Shown: in pieces, positions 48,391 to 61,543 of the stretch | How positions within the stretch are numbered: position 1 is the stretch's first letter | Layout of the letters: every line of letters begins with the position of its first letter | Source of the DNA: Plasmodiophora brassicae | Lineage: Eukaryota | Assembly: GCA_036867785.1 (NCBI GenBank) | Contig: CP145416.1 | Coordinates: 310,001 to 374,000 of the forward strand | Length of the DNA stretch: 64,000 nt | Direction: 5' to 3' | Notes under the pieces: model-generated | Told to the model about the DNA's origin: nothing | The model's input: the letters and a program-made list of their open reading frames with translations, nothing else | Database searches by the model: none | Made by a program: the position numbers and the translations under genes

Positions 48391-49227
48391 ATGTCGAGCA
48401 GCCTGCGGCGCGTCGAAGCGTTCCATAGGGCGTCGGCCCCCGGTCGACACGTGGACCCGGATGCGTTCGCCAGGTACGCCGAATGGGACATCAGCAACAG
48501 CCTGTCGCGGTACACGCCCCTGGCTGTACCGCGGGCGCAGCCGCCGCTGGCCAGGCAGGTCTCCATGCAGTCGCACCGTTCGTCGCAGTCGATGCGGTCG
48601 ACGACGACGTCGCTTCGGCGCAGTCGGCGGCATCCCCGAGCCGAGCCGAGCCGGCACGCGACGCGCTCCACGGACGACGCGCAGATCGCCTCGCTGAAAG
48701 CAGCGCTCGTCAACGCCGAACGGCGTTCCCATCGAGACAAGTCCGTCGTCGTCGACTTCAACCGCACCCTCTCGAAGTCGCCGGCGTCGTCGTTGACGCT
48801 GCTGAAGCCATCGTCGTCGTCGACGACGACGACGCCGGACGCCGATGAGCCCGTTGCCGATGTCAAGCCCGCCGTCGACCCGCCGTCGTCGCCAATGACG
48901 CCGGCCAAAGTCGGCTGGGCGGATCAGCAACGGTCGTGGTGGCGCCTGCGACGGCGCCAGCAACGGCGGTACCTGGTCCTGCGGCAGACGTGCCTCGAGA
49001 TCTACGACACGCCGGAAGCGTTCGCCTGTGGGCGCGCGTCTGGGTGCGTCCTGCTGGTCGGGTGCGTGCTGACGTCTGGGAACGGGGCCATCACGTTGCG
49101 GTTCGGGAAGAAGGCGAAACGGTTCCGCACCGACGACTGGGAGGCCTGGTCCAGCGAGCTGAGGCGCGCGATCGCGCGCGCCACTCCCGACAGCCAGTTC
49201 ACCAACGGTCCGACGTTGCCGTTCTGA
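48391..49227 (+). CDS. PH-domain protein
   Basis: C-terminal KVGW...QRRYLVLRQTCLEIY...ASGCVLL...KRFRTDDWEAWSSELRRAI fits a PH fold. Confidence 0.65.
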   Translation: MSSSLRRVEAFHRASAPGRHVDPDAFARYAEWDISNSLSRYTPLAVPRAQPPLARQVSMQSHRSSQSMRSTTTSLRRSRRHPRAEPSRHATRSTDDAQIASLKAALVNAERRSHRDKSVVVDFNRTLSKSPASSLTLLKPSSSSTTTTPDADEPVADVKPAVDPPSSPMTPAKVGWADQQRSWWRLRRRQQRRYLVLRQTCLEIYDTPEAFACGRASGCVLLVGCVLTSGNGAITLRFGKKAKRFRTDDWEAWSSELRRAIARATPDSQFTNGPTLPF

Positions 49228-49329
49228 TCCGCCCCGCCCGCCATCCTGATTGTCCAAACGTATATCTTAACCGGGTCGTTAAACCTTTGTTGCTTTGGTT
49301 GAACGGTTCCGCCTGTGCCGCGGACGCGC

Positions 49330-51041
49330 CTAGACGGGGACGTCGATGACAGTCGTCGACTCGAGCGCCTCCTGGATGGCGAATTGCGCATTCGACGCCA
49401 ACGGGACGCCGCACCTGTCGGCCACGAACGCGATGAAGCAGTCGAGGGCCTTGCCGACGTGTTTCTCGCCGAGCAGGGCGCCCACGAACGGGTACACGTG
49501 CACCATGACTGAAAACGAACCGAAACGGGCGTTAGGGAAGCCCTATTGGCGATGCAAGTACACCCATCCGGGGACATCGTACGGTTATCCATGTGCAATT
49601 CCACGTCCACGCCCGACTGCTTCGCCTTGTTAGCAAAGGCCACGATGTCGTCGACAAAGATCTCGCGCCCGCCAGCAAAGATCTGGTCACGCCCGCTTCA
49701 GCATCGGTGACAGACGCGTCGCGGTTGGACAGGTGCACTGACCAGCAATGGGGCCAGCCCTCGCAGGTCAGCGAAGATAGGCGATACGCGCGGGTCTGAT
49801 AGCAGACCCCCGGTAATGCCTAGCTCCAGGTCGGCCTCTAGGTGGCTGTCGATGCCCATGTACATGCCGGCGGCCTGGCGTGCGGGAGCGGGCCCGATCC
49901 AGTCGAAGACGGCGTTCCTCGTGAACGACGGGCTGTCGCAGTTCAGGTTCATGAACGGGCTAATCAGGACGATCCCGGCAGGCTGCGGCAGAGCGCCCGT
50001 CGCCAGCACGTGGGTGGCCAGGCTAGCGGCCAGGTTGCCTCCCGATGAATCCCCTGGGCCCGCCACGTCAGCCCCATGCGGCGCACACTGCCACGAACGG
50101 TCGCGAACCGGCGATAATGATCTTCCGGGGGCTGATGACCAGATCTTCGAGCAGGTATCGATAGGCGGCCTCGCACTGGTCGGGCGCCGCCGGGAACGGG
50201 CTCTCAGGGCTCAGGCTGTACTCGACGCTGAAGAACGCCAGCTTCAGCGAATGCTTACTGGCCCTGGTCATTAGGGCGCCCATGGAGTCCAGCCATTGCA
50301 GCGCGTCGCCTGCAGTGTTCGATGAATAACGCGACGCGTCGCGCCCTGCAGGGAAACTCGCCTACCGAGGACGAACCCGCCGCCGTGTGCATACAGGACG
50401 ACGACGTCGAAGGTGTCGACAGGTGGCAGGTCGAGGCTGGAGTGGCGATTGAAGATCCAATGGGCGACGAAATCCTCGCGGCGCACCTCGACGTGGTGCG
50501 TGTCGATGGAGTGGAGCATGAAGTCGATCAGGGCATGCGGCCGGTACGGATGCATGCTGGATCGAAAGGTCTCGATCGACGAGCGCAGGGAGTTGAGCAC
50601 TGTCCGCAGCGCCAGCAGGGACGCTTGCGTCACATGACGGACGAAGCGCAGGTTGATCGGGTCCCTGCTGAACGCAATGATGAATCGCGTGACGGCATCG
50701 AGCGTCCAGGGCCATTCGGATCGGCTGCGTCCCGATCCGATCGGGTTGACCATGGGCAGCAGGACCTCCGTCGCCGAATGGTACGTCCCGCGAATCACGC
50801 CGAACGCCGCCGTTCGAATCGGGACCGGGTGCTGCTTGAGCTCGGACACGACCGTGAGCAATTCCCGGACGCTGCGGAATGCGATCGACAGGCTGAGGAG
50901 CGACGACAGTGTCGGCGATGCCGGCTCCTGCACGACGTCGGACGTGTCGATCGCGATCGTCGCGTTGCGTACCTCAGCGTTGGACGCCGCCATGACAGCG
51001 CCGGCGACGACGACGACCACCACCCAGCATAACGATGACAT
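49330..51041 (-). CDS. Secreted or membrane-anchored alpha/beta hydrolase (HSL family; Say1-like esterase), multi-exon
   Basis: Signal peptide, VLYAHGGGF, VEYSLSPE.PFP, GDSSGGNL, LISPF, E-I-F-V-D-D and MVHVYP. Stop TAG at 49330-49332. Confidence 0.88.
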
Positions 51042-51508
51042 TGCGTACGTCCAGGGGCCCGACTCGAACTGCGAATCGATATATAATGCGACGGGCTGCG
51101 GATCGGTGCGCGAACTGCCTTTTTAGGGCGGCCCTCGCCACTGCGCCACGGCCTTCATCGTTGCGTCGTTGCGACTGGCGGTCGCTATATTTAGGCGCTC
51201 GTAGGTTCGGTCCGCCTCCGTGCCGCCGCCCACAAATCCCGATCTGCAGCGCTGCTCTGTCTGTACACCGTATGCGCGCACGATGCTGGCTGTGACAGTA
51301 TCACCGGGGGTCGCATCACTCTGCAGAGCAGCGACGGGGTCTTCCGGGTCCGGGCGAAGGTGACGCCCGGGACGTTGACACCGCGGGAATGACATCTGGG
51401 CGGCGTCCACCAGGAACATTCCTTCGGCGGCGTTGCGGGGCAGCCACGGACGCCGCCCAGGGGCGCGCAGGGTGATGGATCGGGCGGGATATCGCTACGC
51501 TTGTGGGT

Positions 51509-52030
51509 TTACTGAACGATACAGCAGCCTCCGCCGCCGCCGCTGCCGCCGGCCGGCTTCAGGAGCGCCATGATCTCCTTATAGTTTTTCTGTTTGGCGA
51601 GCTCGAAGGCGGTCAGGCCGTCTCCTGCCGGGCCGTCTCTCTGGTCCTTATTGGCGCCGTTCTCGACTAGCCAGGTGCAGAATTCGAGTTTGCCGCCCTC
51701 GGCGGCTAGGTGCAGGGGTGACGACCCGCTGGTCGTCAGGCAGTTGATTTCAGCTTTATGGGTGAGGAGGATCTTGGCGGTCTCGAGGTTGCCGGCGACA
51801 GCGGCCCAGTGCATGGGCGTTCTACCGCTGCCGTCGGTGATCGTGACATCGGCGCCCTTCTCGACAAGCAGCGACACTGTATCGACGTGGCCTTCGCCGA
51901 CAGCCCTGTGCAGAGCCGTCCGGTTCGCAGCGCCTCGCTCGTTGACATTCTCGCCTTGCTCGAGCAGCGCCTCGACGACGCCGATCTCGCCCTTGTACGC
52001 CGCCTTGTGAAGGGGGCCATCCTTCGGCAT
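51509..52030 (-). CDS. Small ankyrin-repeat protein with C-terminal CaaX
   Basis: PLHKAA, TALHRAV, TPMHWAA and SPLHLAA repeats. Ends GGGGGCCIVQ*. Confidence 0.9.
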   Translation of the reverse strand: MPKDGPLHKAAYKGEIGVVEALLEQGENVNERGAANRTALHRAVGEGHVDTVSLLVEKGADVTITDGSGRTPMHWAAVAGNLETAKILLTHKAEINCLTTSGSSPLHLAAEGGKLEFCTWLVENGANKDQRDGPAGDGLTAFELAKQKNYKEIMALLKPAGGSGGGGGCCIVQ

Positions 52031-52261
52031 TCAGGGGACAGGGCGCGCGGGCGACAACGCCCCAGTAACGCGCGCGCTCTCCTCGTGTACAGCCAGTGGA
52101 CGGCCGTTCCGTTCGTCGGATAACGATCGATCGTCTATACGCCCTATGACTGGTGGTGGTGTGACGATCGCGGTCAGCCCCTGCCATGTAAAGGTGGATG
52201 CTTGGCCTCCCACACACACCATCCATCGGTATATGATGACGCAATGCAGGGCCTTGTGAGC

Positions 52262-53175
52262 TCATGGGCTATCGCCATCGCTGCCATCGCCGTCGACGCC
52301 AAACGCCCTCATCAGCTCGAGGACAGCGTCTTCGGCCGCCTTGCGCCGTTCACTATCAGGAAGCGTCGACGCTGTCGTACTCGTCAGCCACGATGCGGGG
52401 GCAACGGAACAGGGACAGAACCCACCTCTGTCTCTGACGTGCCGAACCATCTCGAAGACACGGTCGAGATCGTCGTGACTGACCTCTGAGGCGGGATCGA
52501 GGTTGGCGCCAGGACAAGGACGTGGCGAGCGGCTCAGACGGGCATCGGTGTCTGTCCGCTGCAGACCAGGCCAGGCGTGGCACTGCATGATTTCGAGGAG
52601 GCGGTCCAAGCCTTCAGCGTCGCCGGTGGGACCATCCGGCGACAGACGCGAATTCCAGGGCGTCTCGACGAATTCCAGGTTGTTGTCGTCCGCGAACTGA
52701 ACGCCGACCGATCGGGCTTCACGCGACCCTGAGCCGGCCGGATCGTTGGCAACACAGACGTTGATCTGGGCGTCGACCTTCTCCATCCAGGGACGAAGCG
52801 ATGCCAGCGACGAGGCATCGTTGACGTCGAAGACGGCCACGAACGCCTCGCACATAGCGCTGCGATGGCGCCGGGTCAGATGATGACGACCTGCCATGCG
52901 CTGGACGACCCCGACTGACCAAACCGATTCGTCAACGTGTTCGGTGCTGTGAACGACGCGGACGGCAACGTCGGCCTTGTAATACTTGGTCACGATCGTC
53001 ACGCGCCCATCCGCAGCCGCACCCGGGAACAGACCTGCCAGTTGGCAACCCTCGTCACGTCTCCACACACACATCGCAATCGAAACGCGCCACGCGTACG
53101 CTCAGCAATGTACGCCTTGCCGACGCCGGCGTCGCCGACGATCAGGACGGCGGGCAGCGCCCCGGGAACCGTCAT
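52262..53175 (-). CDS. AAGAB: Alpha/gamma-adaptin-binding protein p34 (AAGAB/Irc6), multi-exon
   Basis: VLIVGDAGVGK, TIVTKYYKADV, EGLDRLLEIMQCHAWPG and LPDSERRKAAE. Confidence 0.82.
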
Positions 53176-53499
53176 GATCGGCGTCTGCCTGACGACGCAA
53201 AACGCCGCCGACGGCCCAATCTGATTGAGACTTTTCGTTAATTTACCGCTTCCTGCCCGATCGTTTTGCGGCCAGGCCCAGGCCCAGGGGCCAGCAGCAC
53301 ACACAGAACGATCATCCGTTGCCACAAGTCGCCCTACCAGGCAGCCCATGCCCGAGACCGGGAGCGGGACGTGTCTGCGAACAGGGGCGTCCTGCCCAGA
53401 CGGTCCGTCGTTACCCTGGATGCAGGTACGGTCGCGAGATCTGAACGTCGGGATATCTGGTTCGGTGTCGAGCGCGCCATGCGTGGGACCGGCGGTGCT

Positions 53500-55995
53500 G
53501 TCGGGGTGCCGGTGGCCGTGCGCCCCCGTCTCGCCCACGACGACGACGACGGCGTTGCGTTGCGACATGACCGTCGCCGATTCGGGCACCTGGTCGCCCA
53601 GCTAGGCCTGGACGTTGTTGGCGTTCGGCCTGTCGCCGCTCGCGCCCGACGGTTCATCTGCCTGGCGGCATCGTCGACCGTGCTGTTATGGGATTACGCA
53701 TCCGCAAAACACAGGTACCTTCGGGTAGACGGCGGTGCGGTCAACGGCCTCGCTATATCCGACAGCGAAACGCTGTTGGCCGTCGTCGACGCAGGTGGTA
53801 ACCTGACCATCTGGTCGTTGACGAACTTTGACATCGCCGCCAGCGTCCCTTGCCGCCTGGCGGCCACGGTCGCCTTCGTTGACAACGACCGGGCCGTGGT
53901 CACCGCGCATCGCGACGGGCGGGTCACACTCTGGGCGCTGTCGGACGGCACGGCTCGGCGCCAGTGGTCGACGACGATAACGAGCCCGAAGGCGATTCTG
54001 CCAACGAACAACCCGAACGTGATCGTCGTCGTCGGCGCCGACCGCTTCGCGACCGTGGACGTAACCAGCCTGGGTTCCAGCGCCGTCATCGTACCCGTAA
54101 CGTCGCCACTGATCATCGCCGTCTGTACCCATCCGGGTAACGCTGATTCCCTCCTGGGTGTCACAATCGACGCCGACTTCGCCGTCGTCGACGTCGCCAC
54201 CGGCCATGTTACGCGCCGCCAGGCGGCGTCGTTGCCGAAGCGGGCGACAACGATCGCAACCAATGGGACGTACGTGTTCGTTGGAGACGAAGGAGGCAGC
54301 GTGCGCTTGTACACCCCGTCGACGTTTGAGCTGATCCGGCACATCACGTACCAGTTCCAGGTCAGGCGTCAATCGGCGGGGGCGCCAGTGGCACCCGGCG
54401 TTGTGTCGATCACTGCCTGCTCTCATCGGCACATCGTCGTCGCGTACGACAACAACGACGTGCACGTGCTGGACCTGCTGGCGTCGCGCATCGTCGCGTA
54501 CCGATGCGGGGCGCCGATCGGCGATTCGGTTGCGTTCTGCACGGGTCCCCCGATCGTCATGGCGACAACAACGAGACGGATCCAGACGTGGAGCGGGAAC
54601 CCAGGCGATCCCCCTGTGTGCGTCACCGTTACGCCTTCGCCGGTGACGTCGATCGCCGTCACATCCTGCGGGAAGCGTGTCGCGATTGGTTGCTCGGACG
54701 GCGACCTGCGCGTCATGACGATGACGCCCACGAAGACGGACGCGCATATCGACCTGGGGCCCACCGCGATTCGGGCGCTGACGTTCGCCAGCGACGGATC
54801 GATCGGCGTGTATCAGGGTGACCATCGGGTGACCGTGCTGTGGAGCGCCGCCCACTACCACGACGGCGTCGTTCTGCAACGACGCGCCGACGATAACGTC
54901 AACACGGCCGCGGTCGCGTTCGTCGATTTCGTATCGTCGGGTGACGGCCCTGCCGTCGTCGTTCTGCACGGATGCGCCAACGGCCACGTCATCAAGGTGA
55001 CGCGGGCCGATACGGCCACCGACGCCGTCGACGAAGCCGTCGCGATTGATGTCGGGGCGCCCATCACGGCAGCACGCCTGCACCCGTCGTCGCTGTACGT
55101 CGTCGCAGCGACGCTGGCAGGGGAAGTGGGTGTCTGGCGGGTCGCATCGGGGGAATGGTGCGGCCTGTACGCCGTGGGCGCCCCCGTGGCCCATCTATCA
55201 TTCGATGCGCTCGGCATCTACGCGTGCCTCGGGTTCGTGTCCGGCCACGTCGACGTCGTCGAGGCCGGCACCGGGCAGGCGTGCGGGCGCGTTGACGCCG
55301 GTGGCGACGAAGATGGGCTTGTCGGCGCGTACCTGTCCAAGTCGACGCTCGTCGTGGCGCGCCCGCGCACCGTGGACGTGTGGCGCGTCCCGGGTGCCGT
55401 CCGGAGCAATATGGAGTACGTGAAGACCCTGCTCGGGTCGGCAACATCACTGCGGGAGTTCTGGTCGAGGTTCTCCCATGACGCTGACATTGGGGAGCGG
55501 CGTATTCTGACTAGAGGGCACAGGTTTCCGTTGAACTTGGCGAGCGGGGACAGGCGACCTGGACAAAAGTATATCGGGGCCTCGTCGACGATACAGTCCC
55601 CATTGTCAACAGCGCCACCATCGCCTCGAGAGGAGCAACCACACTCGTCGTTCTTCGACAAGAGCGTGGCACCCGTTATCCGGAATGATGCCGTGCCAGG
55701 ACGAGCCAAGTCCAGGAACGTATCAGCTGACCTGCGTGCACTGTACGCGAGTGGCGCAGATCTGGACGCTAATGTGGAATGGGGTACCGCCAGTGACGAG
55801 GTAACCGAGGTGCATGCCTGACGCGACCCGCTTTCTTACGAACGGACAATGGTACAGAAGACGGAAACCGTCCAGGATATCGGGGCGTTTGAGGAGCGAC
55901 TATCGAAATCCGGCAACGACGACCTGGATCGGGTGGTCAAAGCGACCGTCGATAACGTGGGTCGGATTCGCGACATCGTATACATAACAAGCTGA
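53500..55995 (+). CDS. Large WD40-repeat protein; start uncertain
   Basis: Many WD-like blades (VLLWD, LTIWS, VTLWA, GDEGGSVRLY, VGVWR). Probable final intron 55801-55857, then stop at 55993-55995. Confidence 0.7.
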
Positions 55996-56174
55996 ACCAC
56001 CTGCCCACTACAGATACTTGATGAAGTCGTCCGCGAACTGGGCCCCTCTGAAACCAAACTGTCAGAGTGAATGGCGCCGATCTCCAGGAGGTAGGAAACA
56101 GTTGTTTGTACAATAAGGATGGAATGAATTTATGACAGGCAAGCGCGAAGCGTCTCCCATAATACATCAGGGCC

Positions 56175-58456
56175 TTAGAATTCGTCGTCGTCACTGGGAT
56201 CATCCAAGTCGGGGCTGGATGAATGCAGTTTGTCGATCGCAGACTTGACCAGATTTCGGTCCTTCGGGTCCAGGTCGAGGCACGTTAGGAAATGCATCAG
56301 GGCGCCGCCCAGCTGCCCGCGCTTCTTGCTGATCTTGCCCATGAGGAAGTGGACGGACGCTTCCCTGGGGGCGACATCTGCCAGATACTGCAACTCCTCC
56401 ATCGCCGCATCGTAGTCCTCCATCGAGAAGAACACGTTGGCCTTCTGGAACCTGGGCAGCAAGTTCGCCGGCTCGAGATCGCATGATCGCTGCAGATGAT
56501 GCAGCGCCTCGTCGTACTGCTTGTTGGCATGCAGGACCATGCCCAGGTAGCACTCCAGGACCGAGTTGCGCGGATTGATCTTGATAGCCCGTCGGAAGTG
56601 GTACGCTGCGACGTCGAACTTCTCCTGCCGGTAGTAGATGGCACCGAGGCCATACCAGGCATTGTAGTGCTGTTCGTCGATTCGGATAGCGTTTCGGAAG
56701 CCGGCGACCGCCTTGTCGAAATCCTCGTTCGCAATGTACTCGTGCGCGCTTAGGGTGTACGCGTAGGCACACGACGGGTCGAGCTGGATGGCGCGTTGGA
56801 AGAACTTCAAGGCCGTGTCGTGCTCTTTCTGCAGAGAGAAGCAGTTGCCAACGGCGAGCCATGCCGATGGAGACAACCGGTCGCATTCGACGGCCCGTTG
56901 CGCCAGGAACGACAGCTGGACCTCTCGCTTCAGCTGCCACAGAGCGGTGGAGTATACTTCCAGGCCGCTCGTCAGGCACGGATCGACCCGACACGCCGCC
57001 TCGAACATGTCGATCGACTACGCCAACCCACCCGTCAGTCACCGCCACAAGAGAGAGAGAGCAGGGCGGAGAGCCGATTACCTTCTGGTATTTGTTCAGC
57101 TCGAAGTAAGCGCGGCCGACCTGCGCCAGGACCCACGACGTGTTGAAGTGGCACTCCGGGAGCCTCATGAATGTATCAATGGCTTCCTGGCACTGATACG
57201 CGCAGAGCAACCGATATCCTTCGGTGGCATTCGCAACCACTTGCGGCAAGGAGGTCGCCGTCGCAAACGGTTCCGACATGTCCAGGGGCCGGTCGGGAGT
57301 CTCGCCTGGAGCGACGCGTGCCGTTGCGGGCCTGCCGGGCGCTCTGGCCTGCGTCTTCTCCTGCCGAGTCGACCGGCGCAGGCGCTCGCCTCTGCCGGCC
57401 ACACGCTCGCCTAGCGCCTGGTCGGTCGAATCCGCCACCGACGAGAACGACAGGCGCTCGCTACGTCGTGGCGTACGCGATCCGGGCAGAACGAGGGCCG
57501 GCCTAGGTGGACCCTGGTCGAAATCCGGTCAGCGACACCATCCGGCCATGAGATCACGAGCGCCCACCCTACCGGCGTGATAGCGCAGTCCAGGCGAGAG
57601 GCGCGGGACCTTCGCGTCGGGGGCGGCTTCGACAGCGGCGTTTCCTCAAACTCATCGGCCCTGTCGCGGGCGTCAGCGTTCAACCCAGAAGGCGCGCCCG
57701 GTACGACAGCAACAGTACAGACATCTGCGACAGGAACTGGGACGTCCTCGGCGGGTTCGACTGAGGCGTCCGGAACCCCAACGCGGCAGGCGATGGCAAC
57801 GACGGCTGCTGCTGCTGCTGGATGGGTTCGCGAGGTTGCCCTGGCTGCACTGGATCGATCCGGCACGCGTTGGGATGCGCGGCACCCATCTGGCACATTT
57901 GCGCATAGGCCGACCAGTGCAGCCGGTCGACCTCGACACACCGCGCGAAGTACGTCAGGGCGTGCGTTCGGCGGTTCTGTTTCAGACAGATGCGCCCCAG
58001 CAGGTACAGGCCGTTGGCGCCACCCGGCACATGGCCCGCATCGATCGACGACGCCGCCGCGACGTACGACGGGATCGTTTCCGATAAACACTTCTCAGCT
58101 TCGGTCAACTTCCCCAATTGGAAACTGACGGGACAAGGTCAGTCAGTGCCTGAGGGCAGGGCACTTGGTGAGCGCAACAAACCGGACCATGCCGTCGCCA
58201 GTGCGAATCTCCTCTTCCGGTCCAGGGCGACCGGGTCGTCGGGCGCCGCCTGATACGTCGACAGAATGCCATAGGCCCGGGCGGGACGATGCGCCCGCAG
58301 ATGCACCTGCACCAACCGCAGCAGGTTCGGCAGCGTCGGCGCCGACGCGAACAGGCGCTCGCACCACCACACGGCCCCATCGTAGTCGAACGCATCCGCG
58401 TACGCCTCGATCCGATCCATCACCACCTCCTGCGTGGCGTCATCATCGACCTCCAT
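56175..58456 (-). CDS. CDC27: Anaphase-promoting complex subunit 3 (CDC27), multi-exon
   Basis: GAVWWCERLFA, GLEVYSTALW, AWLAVGNCFSLQKEHDTALKFFQRAIQLDP, YAYTL, HYNAWYGLG TPR series. Confidence 0.95.
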
Positions 58457-58777
58457 TCGTCGCCGTCGTCGTCGTCGTCGGCGGAGTGCCACCCCCAAAT
58501 CCGCCCCGCAACTCCGCGACCGACAACTTAACACTTAACGTATAGGTACGGACCGTCAACGAATTGGCACACACACCACCCAGTCGGACGCGCATATCGA
58601 GACGGGACATGTTGGTGACGAGGGGACGGCAGCTGTGTACGACGAAGCCCACCTCAGCAGGGGACACGCTCCAGGCGGGCGGGGTCGACCGTCAGGTGCA
58701 GCGGACCGAGCGCGCGGGTGCAGCGTCGGACTGCGCGTCGGCGGAGCGGTCGCCGCGAACGACGCGCCACGGTAGCC

Positions 58778-61440
58778 ATGGGGGATCCCGTCGCGCGACA
58801 CGGCCTGTCGTCGCCGCATCTGGGCGAGCGCCTGCGCGCCATCCACGTGAATGCGATGGCCGGCCGCGCCCTGGACCTGCTGCCGCTGTGCACGCCGGAT
58901 GCGGCGTGCCAGACGACGGCCTGCTTCGCGTTCGCCGCGATCTGCGACCTGGCCGCCAGCGACCTGTCGCTGCTGCCGGCCGTGCTGCCCACGATCACCG
59001 CTATGCGAACGGCGTCGTTCCCGAGGTGTATACGAATGGCCAGGGTACCGCTGCTGCGGTTGATCCGGGCCAGCCCCGAGCACGGGAACGCGCTGGCGGC
59101 GCTGGCGTCCGAGATCGGTGTGGATCAGGGCGTGACGCGGAAGCGGCCACGAGCCCCGCTGGTGCCCAGCCAGACGTCGGCGGAACAGCGGCTCGTCCAC
59201 GAACGCCTGGACATGCTGCCGATGACGTCCCAGGTCGAACTCATCATGCGGTGCACGCCGAGCGTCGGCGTGGAACCTGGCGCCACCCTCGACCGCGTCA
59301 CCGCGTCCTTCGCCCGCCTGCTGACGCTGCTGCACGAGCAGAACGCGGCCCGGCTGCGGGATCCACGTCTGCGATCGGCCCCGCCCACGATCGACACCGA
59401 CCTGCAGGTCGTCGTCGACGCATTCGCCAAGATCATCGGCAAGGACGGCCTCCCTGTACCGGCTGCCGCGGCACCGCCCGTCGTGATCGAACGACGAACC
59501 GTGCCCGACATCCCCGTCCTGCCATCAACCGACGAGTATCGCACTGAACAGGTCAGGAACGTCGTCTCGCCCGATCCTCTTAGCGTTGGCACCCACGAGC
59601 GGATTCGTAGATTGAGGCGTGCTTCGACCGGGTCGCGTCGGCCGCGACACGGTCGCCAATGGCCGAGGCGATCGCCGCCCGGCTGGTTGCATCGGTCGCG
59701 GTCGATCGCGTGCCGATGCTGATCGAGCGGTTCCGGCAGGCACCCGTGGAATGGTGCAGCGCCCTGCTTCAGCTCTGCTACGCGTTGGTTGGCAAGGGCC
59801 TGGACGCACTGTACGAGTCGGTTCTGCTGGACATGGTCGAGATCCTGCTGTCGGTTCCGCCGGCCGAGCTCTCCCGCCTTCTCTGTCAGTGCCCCGTCCT
59901 GCCGAAGCACGTCGTCGAGACTCTGGATCGGCACATTGTGGCCGAGGGCGGTAGCGGGGCGCGAATGGTGGCCCTGTTCGCGCTGCGCGACGTCGTGATG
60001 AAGCGCCCCGCCGATCGCAGCGCCATCTTGGACGTTGTCCTGTCGTACTGTGCATCGTCGAACGCGATCCTTCGGAAGACGGCCGTCAACCTGATCGCCA
60101 CCCAGCTGGCGCCGTCCGGCCCCGCCATCCAGGACCCCATTGTTGCGTTCGCCACGCGCCTCTTCGGCACGATGTCGGAACCGTTCGAACGCGAGATCGA
60201 GGAACGGGTCGCGGCCAAGCCTGAACCATTGCCCGGGGACGATCGTACTGCCGCCGCCGACCGGACCGAAGCACAGGACGACAAGATGGAGATTGACGGC
60301 GACGAACAAGAGACAACAGGAGCTGACGCTCAAGTTGATACGGGCGCGGGGCTCGAGCCGCCTGAGAGGAGTGGTGACGACAACAACCATGGCGAACCCG
60401 GATCGGAGCAGGGCCAGGGCAAGCCCGAGGATGGGCCGGCGAACGCCGCCGATGGCCTGATTGAGGCCGAGGCGCACCGACGCCTGGACCTGTACTTCGC
60501 GTTGTGCGCCGGCCTGCGCCCCGATCTGTTGCATGGCATACTTGCCGAGTTCGCGTTGGTGTCCGCCCGGGGCACTCGTGTCCGCGCCTCCATCCACAAG
60601 CACATCGTGCGCGTCGTTCGCGCCATCGGCGTCGGTTCGCCTGCGATGATCGACGCGATCGCCAGCGGGCCTCCCGGCGCCGAGCCGCTCGTCCTGCACA
60701 TCCTGCATATTCTGACCGAGAGCGCGGACGGCGGCGACAACATTGTCCACCCCGCCCTGGTGGATGCCGCACGGGTCTGCTACGGCCGTGCCCGCGATGC
60801 TCGGTTCCTGATCCCGGTCATATCGGGCATGAAACGCGCCGACGTGCTCGATGCGCTGCCGCACATCATCGCCCTGCCAAAGAACCACGTGCAACAGGCG
60901 TTCAAGGTCCTGCTGGGTGCGCGTTCGCCCGTTTCCCCGTCTGAGGTCCTGGTCCGCCTGCATCTGGTGGCGCCCACTCCCGATCACCCGCTGCTCCGCA
61001 AGGTCCTGGAGGCCATTGAGCTATGCATCCTCGATCGCGAAGCGTACAACGAGAAGGTGCTGGCCGTTGTCCTTCAGCAGATCGTCGAGCACACGCCGAT
61101 CCCTGTCCTGTTTATGCGAACGCTTATTCAAGTAATTGTCGCCCATCCTCTGCTGACCGATTTCGGCATGTCGATCCTGGCCAAGCTCGTCAACAAGCGC
61201 ATCTGGGACATGCCGGTGCAGGAGCTCTGGCAAGGGTTCGTCGTTTGCTGCAAGCGGACGGCGCCCCAGTCGTTCCCGGTTATGCTGCAGCTGCCCAGCC
61301 AGAAGCTGGCCCACATCATCGATCGCAGCAAGGACCCGGAACAGCTTCGTAACGACCTGGCACGATTCGTGCAGAACTCTCGAATTGGTGTGCGCCGATC
61401 CATCATGAGCGTTCTTGGCCTCAGCAGACGCACACGCTGA
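58778..61440 (+). CDS. SYMPK: Symplekin-like protein
   Basis: RRLDLYFALC, DARFLIPVISGM, SPSEVLVRLH, LQQIVE.TPIPVLFMRTLIQ, LWQGFVVC, PQSFPVMLQLP. Confidence 0.9.
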
Positions 61441-61543
61441 CTAACGCCCAACTATGTACGTTGCCATAAAGTCATATACTCGCCATCCAACTCTACTTGT
61501 TAGTCACACCCATCAAGCAGGCTGGAGGGCACTTCCGAATCGT

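Noticed and set aside
59125-60987. 620-aa antisense ORF over symplekin (similarly 53686-55194 and 38906-40336)
   Set aside because: Shadow ORFs produced by GC-rich codon usage.
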